32,000 nucleotides of DNA from an uncultured Chloroflexia bacterium (GTDB lineage Bacteria; Chloroflexota; Anaerolineae; Anaerolineales; Anaerolineaceae): positions 510,001 through 542,000 of the forward strand of contig OY969938.1 in NCBI GenBank assembly GCA_963704755.1. Reading direction: 5' to 3'. Position 1 is the stretch's first letter. The number at the start of each line of letters is the position of its first letter. Shown here in pieces: positions 27,506 to 32,000 of the stretch. The notes beneath the pieces were generated by a model. The model worked only from the letters and a program-made list of their open reading frames with translations. It did not search any database and was not told where the DNA came from. The position numbers and the translations under genes were made by a program.

Positions 27506-28114
27506 ATGGACATTTTTTTATTGCTCGATGCAATCCAAACTATTGCGCGCAATGGCCTGAATTACGCCGCCAACCCATACGACCGCGAGCGGTATGAGCA
27601 GTTGATGGCCCTCACAACCCAAACGTATGGCGATTTGTTGGCCGTCCCGGCCGCCACCATCCGGGAAAATTTCGCCCGTGAAACCGGCTACATCACCCCC
27701 AAGGTAGGCGCAGATGCAGCGATCTTCAACGAACAAGGGCAGATCCTTTTAATGGAAAGGGCCGACGGCAGCGGCTGGTGCCTGCCGTGCGGCTTTGTGG
27801 ATGCCAATGAAACGCCGGCAGAGGGCATCGTACGCGAAGTTCGCGAGGAAACCGGCCTGGAAATCAAGGTGACCGGCCTGGTAGGTGTGTTTACGCGCAA
27901 GGCCGGCGCCAGCAACGGCCCCCACACGACCATCGGGGTCGTGCATTTGTGCGAGGTCCTGACCGGCGAACTGCGCCTTTCGCACGAAGGCAGCGACCTG
28001 CGCTACTGGCCCATCGATGATGTGCCCTACTGGCACCCGTCTCACGAACGCCATGCCCGGGCGTCTTACGCCTTTTGGCAGTCGCGCGGTTTGTTGCCGG
28101 CCGTCAGCGAGTAA
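27506..28114 (+). CDS. NUDIX hydrolase with N-terminal Nudix_N_2-type helical domain
   Basis: LLLDAIQTIARNGLNYAANPYDRERYEQL is the N-domain. The Nudix box is GFVDANETPAEGIVREVREETGLEI. Confidence 0.85.
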   Translation: MDIFLLLDAIQTIARNGLNYAANPYDRERYEQLMALTTQTYGDLLAVPAATIRENFARETGYITPKVGADAAIFNEQGQILLMERADGSGWCLPCGFVDANETPAEGIVREVREETGLEIKVTGLVGVFTRKAGASNGPHTTIGVVHLCEVLTGELRLSHEGSDLRYWPIDDVPYWHPSHERHARASYAFWQSRGLLPAVSE

Positions 28115-28131
28115 GTTGCCCTCTTACCATG

Positions 28132-28187
28132 AATGGGTATATTTATTTTTGGCCACCTTCGGTGGCCAAAAATAAATATACCCATTT
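28132..28187. terminator. 26-bp perfect hairpin with TTCG loop (terminator and/or family member H)
   Basis: AATGGGTATATTTATTTTTGGCCACC-TTCG-GGTGGCCAAAAATAAATATACCCATT followed by TTTTT. It lies between the convergent NUDIX and DinB-like genes. Confidence 0.7.
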
Positions 28188-28192
28188 TTTGT

Positions 28193-28684
28193 TCATTCTC
28201 TGACCCGTTCGATCATCTGGCGGATCGTTCCCAGGTGATAGGCCGCGTGCGGAATCAGCGCCAGGAGCCCATTCAGGAGTATGCCCGGCAAATCCTCCTG
28301 CCGGCCGATCGCCTGTCGCAACGTCTCGAACTCCGAGCGAAGCTCAGCCCGTAACTGATCCCAGGCCGCCTCGTCCGCATCCAACATTGTCCAGCTTTCC
28401 TTCCATTGGGTATTGTAGGCCTGCCCCAGCAATGCGCCATTGACGTTGGCCAGGCTCCAGCGCAGGTGTTCGACGTTGGCCGCAATTGTCGTCCCAGGCT
28501 TGCCGCTGCGGTCCACCGATGTGGAGGCTTCAGCAGCGCTGACGCCTTTGAGTACCCCCAAGATGCCAGAATCGGGCTCGTTGTCGATAAACCAGCTAGC
28601 CGTTTTGTCGGCGGGGCCTTCATAGGCTTCCGAGAACAATACCACAATCGAAGAGACGAGTGTTTCAATCGCTAAGCTTGTCAT
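28193..28684 (-). CDS. DinB-superfamily-like protein
   Basis: 163 aa, predicted helical. NVEHLRW and IPHAAYHLGTIRQMIE resemble DinB His motifs. Assignment is tentative. Confidence 0.55.
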   Translation of the reverse strand: MTSLAIETLVSSIVVLFSEAYEGPADKTASWFIDNEPDSGILGVLKGVSAAEASTSVDRSGKPGTTIAANVEHLRWSLANVNGALLGQAYNTQWKESWTMLDADEAAWDQLRAELRSEFETLRQAIGRQEDLPGILLNGLLALIPHAAYHLGTIRQMIERVRE

Positions 28685-28701
28685 CAGACCGGTTCCCTTT
28701 T

Positions 28702-28962
28702 TTATTTAATCGCCAGGCGCTCTTGCGCCTGGGTAATCTGGACGACCCGGCTCCTGGGTGGTGCGTTGGTCACCAGCGCATCGAGCAGGTCGTGCGAAGC
28801 CGCAGCGACCGCATCCACAGCAGCCGTAAAGGCTGCCTCATTGGCCCTGGAAGGTTTGCTAAAACCGCTCACTTTGCGCACAAATTGCAAAGCCGCCGCG
28901 CGGATCTCGTCCTCGCTCACCGGCGGATCAAAATTATATAAAGTCTTGATATTTCTACACAT
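28702..28962 (-). CDS. DUF2277 domain-containing protein
   Basis: MCRNIKTLYNFDPPVSEDEIRAAALQFVRKVSGFSKPSRANEAAF matches the highly conserved DUF2277 N-terminus as I recall it. Confidence 0.8.
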   Translation of the reverse strand: MCRNIKTLYNFDPPVSEDEIRAAALQFVRKVSGFSKPSRANEAAFTAAVDAVAAASHDLLDALVTNAPPRSRVVQITQAQERLAIK

Positions 28963-29028
28963 AAAAGGATTCCTTTTTTGGTTGGAACGGATGTTCTCTT
29001 ATAGTATAGAAAGAATATCGTTTAAGTC

Positions 29029-29092
29029 AAGGATAGAGAAGAGGAAAGAGAAGTGGAAAGAGAGTGGAGAATAGAGAATAGAGAGTAGTTGG
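29029..29092 (+). repeat. C-free polypurine tract with 8-nt periodicity
   Basis: 64 nt with no C on the + strand: AAGGATAGAGAAGAGGAAAGAGAAGTGGAAAGAGAGTGGAGAATAGAGAATAGAGAGTAGTTGG. The GAG/GGA motifs recur at roughly 8-nt spacing. Confidence 0.8.
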
Positions 29093-29125
29093 CAATAAGG
29101 CGACGAGGCAATGAGGCAGCGAGGT

Positions 29126-29560
29126 GAAAAAGCAACGAGGCGATGAGGAGATTTCGTAGCCCGGCTTTCGAAGCCGGGGCTAATGCGTACATCGGAGAGA
29201 GACAAGATAGGAAAAAGGCAACGAGGCGATGGAGGTGGATTTCGTAGCCCGGCTTTCGAAGCCGGGGGCTAATGCGTACATCGGAAGGGGATACGTTAGG
29301 AAAAAGGCAGCGAGGCGAAAAGGCAACGAGGCGATGGAGGTGGATTTCGTAGCCCGGCTTTCGAAGCCGGGGGCTAATGCGTACCTCGGAGAGAGACAAG
29401 ATAGGAAAAAGGCAGCGAGGCGAAAAAGCAACGAGGCGATGGAGGTGGATTTCGTAGCCCGGCTTTCGAAGCCGGGGGCTAATGCGTACATCGGAGAGAG
29501 ACAAGATAGGAAAAAGGCAATGAGGCGAAAAGGCAACAAGGCAATGAGGAAAGAAGGTTG
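29126..29560 (+). repeat. Tandem array: 4 copies of an 84-105-nt unit containing a conserved hairpin, flanked by GCNAYGAG octamers
   Basis: The core ATTTCGTAGCCCGGCTTTCGAAGCCGGGGGCTAATGCGTAC starts at 29151, 29239, 29344 and 29449 (spacings 88, 105, 105). Units begin with GGAAAAAGGCARCGAGGCGAAAARGCAACGAGGCGATGGAGGTGG. Units 3 and 4 differ at only a few positions. Confidence 0.9.
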
Positions 29561-29668
29561 ATCCAGGTCGGCTAATATGTTCGCAATCAAAATTTGGTAA
29601 CCATACCCATTCTTCCGTAGGGGAGAAGCAGCCGGCGGGCAGGCTTGGATTGGAAATAGATATTGGCT

Positions 29669-29782
29669 CCGGCAGCTTCGCCCGCTAAGCCGGTTTTAAT
29701 CGAACCCGGGATGACTACAGGCGTTTTGTTTTCCCAGCCAAACCCTGCTGAAGCCATCGGGTATAGCGAGCGAAGCTGCCGG
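29669..29782. mobile_element. MITE-like 114-bp element bounded by 19-bp inverted repeats
   Basis: CCGGCAGCTTCGCCCGCTA (29669-29687) versus TAGCGAGCGAAGCTGCCGG (29764-29782), 18 of 19 positions complementary with 76 nt between them. No coding capacity. Confidence 0.3.
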
Positions 29783-29791
29783 TAAATGGGT

Positions 29792-30118
29792 TCAGTAATA
29801 AATGGCCCGGCGCATCACCCGGACGCCGGAGTAGAAGGGATCAAAATGCACACCCGCTGTATGACCACCTGCCGGTGAGTGTAACTTAACGCCTTCTCCT
29901 TTCGCGAAGCGTTGAGAAGGCTGGGATGAGGGAAGATGCCGGCCGAACCAGGGCATGTACGCAAAAAGCGCCTGGCCGGCATAACCCAGAGAAAAAGGCC
30001 AGGCGCATCGCCGGAGCACCTGGCGTTCGGTTTCAATAGCGTAGTGCCATTGCTTCTTGCATTGCCTGGAGCGCCAATTTAAACGGCTTTTTGGATAAAA
30101 AAACCTATACCCACCCAA
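29792..30118 (-). CDS. Hypothetical protein or gene remnant (108 aa)
   Basis: ORF only. I recognise no family. GGHTAGVHFD loosely resembles the HxxGxAxD Zn motif of M15 peptidases. The ORF stops 10 nt from the right inverted repeat of the MITE-like element. Confidence 0.2.
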   Translation of the reverse strand: MGGYRFFYPKSRLNWRSRQCKKQWHYAIETERQVLRRCAWPFSLGYAGQALFAYMPWFGRHLPSSQPSQRFAKGEGVKLHSPAGGHTAGVHFDPFYSGVRVMRRAIYY

Positions 30119-30225
30119 AAGCTGGCATGTAAATCGAAATTTCCCTTTTCCAGGTACGCTAAAACGGCACCTTACGAATAATTCGATTTAGTTGGAATCG
30201 ATGGTTACCCCATTTGTTTATAATG

Positions 30226-31116
30226 TTATTTCTTTTCATCTTTATTGACAACTGCCGAGACAATGGCGATATCTGTTGGGACTGTTCGGCTGGCATTCGG
30301 ACCGGTAAAATAGCGCTGTTTTAATACATCCAGCGGCATGTTGCGTACATCCTGAAAACCCCGTTGGATCAGAAACTGCTCTACCTGGTCGTGGTCAATC
30401 CCAAACAAATATTCTTCTCCACTCATCTTGCCTGCCCGCTTTAGCGCCTTACCATAACTGTTGTTGGGATTTTTAAAGATGTCGTTATCCATGTAATCAA
30501 AGATCACGCTGCTTCCCCGCCCAGCATGATGGGTGATAAAGTCAAGGGTGGAGTCCACCGCTTGCGCTTTCAGGAAGTAGGTCACCCCCTGCCAGATAAA
30601 CATGGTTCTGGCTTGCTCGTTATAGCCGCCGCTTTGCAGGCGTTCAGCGAGTGATTGGGTATTAAAATCTATCGGGAGGAAGGTGACATTCTCAGGGAGG
30701 GGATCGATCACCTTTTTCAACCCATTCAGCTTAACAGCCTGGGTCGCAGGGTAATCGAGTTCGAACACGTGGGCTTTCTCGATCCCGGGGATGCGGTAAG
30801 GGCGGGTATCAAAACCTGCCCCTAAAAGGACGACCTGGTCAAGCCCTTCTGACAGGCTTGTTTTCAAGCAATCATCGATATAGCGTTCACGAACGACAAT
30901 AAACCCCTGCGCACCCGGCCCCATGCGTTCATATAAACCGCTATCCACGATCAGTTTAACCAGAAAATAGGAAACGGTAGGAACAAACGCACGGGCATAC
31001 GGATCGTTACAAATCCGCCGGGTTTCCGGTTTTTGAGATTCAATGGCGCGGAATAAGGCTATCCCTAGAGCTGATTGACTGGATTGGTCCTGCTTCATGA
31101 GAAAACTCGCTTTCAT
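30226..31116 (-). CDS. Class I SAM-dependent O-methyltransferase, leucine carboxyl methyltransferase (LCM) family
   Basis: ALGIALFRAIES...DPYA, VVLLGAGFDTRPYR (SAM-binding), FELDYP and IWQGVTYFL are typical of the LCM / TIGR00027-type family. Confidence 0.85.
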   Translation of the reverse strand: MKASFLMKQDQSSQSALGIALFRAIESQKPETRRICNDPYARAFVPTVSYFLVKLIVDSGLYERMGPGAQGFIVVRERYIDDCLKTSLSEGLDQVVLLGAGFDTRPYRIPGIEKAHVFELDYPATQAVKLNGLKKVIDPLPENVTFLPIDFNTQSLAERLQSGGYNEQARTMFIWQGVTYFLKAQAVDSTLDFITHHAGRGSSVIFDYMDNDIFKNPNNSYGKALKRAGKMSGEEYLFGIDHDQVEQFLIQRGFQDVRNMPLDVLKQRYFTGPNASRTVPTDIAIVSAVVNKDEKK

Positions 31117-31273
31117 GCCAACATTATGAAATATTTATTCGTTGGATTTCATTATATTTCTTCAGATCAGGTATGTCAATGATTTTATGAAATAAAGCAG
31201 TGCGGAATTTCAAAATCCATGTTATTCTTAAAACAAATAACTTGTTCAGGCATGAAGATATGGAATAAGAAAA

Positions 31274-31891
31274 ATGAACGAAACTGCAAACAGCTCAGAA
31301 GGTTCAAAGATCAACGGATATCAGCGCCGCAGTGAAAATAAGATGAAGAGCATCCTCCTGGCGGCGTTCGAGCTTTTTTCCAACCGCGGGTTTAATGACG
31401 TCACCATAGCGGAAATTGCCGGCAAGGCCGAGGTATCCCAGGTCAGCATCTATAATTATTTTCAGAGTAAAGAAAACCTTGTGCGCCAGACAATTTTTGC
31501 GTTTATGGATGAAACGATGAAGGAAACCGAGCAGGTCTTGGAGAGCGAAATTCCATTCTATGAGAAGTTGGAAAGATTGTTCTTCATAACCGAAGAGGCA
31601 ACAACCCAGGCAAGCCCGGAGTTCCTGCTCTCCGCAATAGGCAACGATCCACTGATGCGCCGGCTGATGGAAGAGTATTATCACGAACGGACAGAGCCGT
31701 TCATTATGCGCATGATCGAGCAAGGGAAAAACCAGGGCGCCATCAGCCGTGATCTGTCGAGCGATTCTATCCGCCTTTACATCCAGGCACTGCAAGGTTT
31801 ATTGGCGCAGCCCGGTTTATCCCACCAGGCAAGGCTCGATATTAACGCACTCTTTTTTTATGGTCTTCAGGGGAAAAAGGCAATGAGTTGA
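31274..31891 (+). CDS. TetR/AcrR-family transcriptional regulator
   Basis: The HTH is ILLAAFELFSNRGFNDVTIAEIAGKAEVSQVSIYNYFQSKENL. It is divergent from the methyltransferase. The last 6 codons plus the stop (GKKAMS*) lie inside the GGAAAAAGGCAATGAG repeat. Confidence 0.9.
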   Translation: MNETANSSEGSKINGYQRRSENKMKSILLAAFELFSNRGFNDVTIAEIAGKAEVSQVSIYNYFQSKENLVRQTIFAFMDETMKETEQVLESEIPFYEKLERLFFITEEATTQASPEFLLSAIGNDPLMRRLMEEYYHERTEPFIMRMIEQGKNQGAISRDLSSDSIRLYIQALQGLLAQPGLSHQARLDINALFFYGLQGKKAMS

Positions 31892-31975
31892 TGAGGCAAC
31901 GAGGCAATGAGGCGATTAGGGAGGAGGATAAAAACACCGAATCACCGTAACACCGCATCACCCTGACACCCCCCC
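31872..31975 (+). repeat. Second locus of the GGAAAAAGGCAAYGAGGC octamer repeat, followed by CACCG octamers
   Basis: GGAAAAAGGCAATGAG TTGATGAG GCAACGAG GCAATGAG GCGATTAG GGAGGAGG, then AACACCGA ATCACCGT AACACCGC ATCACCCT GACACCCC. The first 16 nt are identical to 29509-29524. Confidence 0.8.
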
Positions 31976-32000
31976 ACTTGACCCCTGACGCAATATTTTA

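Noticed and set aside
29126-29560. Possible CRISPR array
   Set aside because: The units are tandem and near-identical along their whole length. There are no unique spacers of constant size, no cas genes, and unit length varies (84/89/105 nt).
29229-29561. 110-aa ORF with 35-aa repeats (MEVDFVARLSKPGANAYIGERQDRKKAARRK...)
   Set aside because: It is open only because 105 is a multiple of 3. Long ORFs in two minus-strand frames also run through the same repeats. The first unit breaks the frame, and the flanks have 8-nt (non-triplet) periodicity. It is most likely non-coding.
25821-32000. Genomic island integrated at the tmRNA gene
   Set aside because: No integrase or recombinase is present, and I found no direct repeat of the ssrA 3' end (TTCGATTCCCGCC) downstream by eye. 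Only the 30.2-31.9 kb part looks compositionally different.

Overview
32-kb chromosomal window from a moderately GC-rich bacterium; gene content suggests Chloroflexota/Anaerolineae-like, but that is only a guess. About 37 protein genes can be supported, plus tRNA-Arg(CCG), tRNA-Val(UAC) and a tmRNA (ssrA). Left to right: a DUF1257/DUF2997/NrdG-like radical-SAM/WD40 module, an MFS transporter, a histidine phosphatase interrupted by an in-frame TGA, Mut7-C RNase translationally coupled to an AIR-synthase-like protein, PrsW, a frameshifted YugP-type Zn-peptidase, rex, mreB, a yebC-ruvC-trmH-like-ruvA operon, two convergent sortase-fold genes, an orphan OmpR-type response regulator, a FAH-family hydrolase, an attEFGH-like ABC exporter operon, corA and DinB. 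After the tmRNA comes an accessory-looking stretch: PPOX, SDR, NUDIX, DinB-like, DUF2277, LCM-type methyltransferase and TetR. The unexplained signals are mostly non-coding. (1) A dispersed family of long palindromic hairpins sits in many intergenic gaps. (2) A 4-copy, roughly 105-nt tandem array at 29.1-29.6 kb carries a conserved hairpin and many GGA/GGAGG motifs; it follows a C-free purine tract with 8-nt periodicity. (3) The same repeat recurs at 31.87 kb, so an AT-richer methyltransferase/TetR cassette is bracketed by it. (4) A MITE-like element with 19-bp inverted repeats lies at 29.67-29.78 kb. On the coding side, the orphan radical-SAM activase module and the two disrupted genes deserve checking. 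No CRISPR array, integrase, transposase or rRNA was seen. All family assignments come from motif recognition by eye, not from searches.
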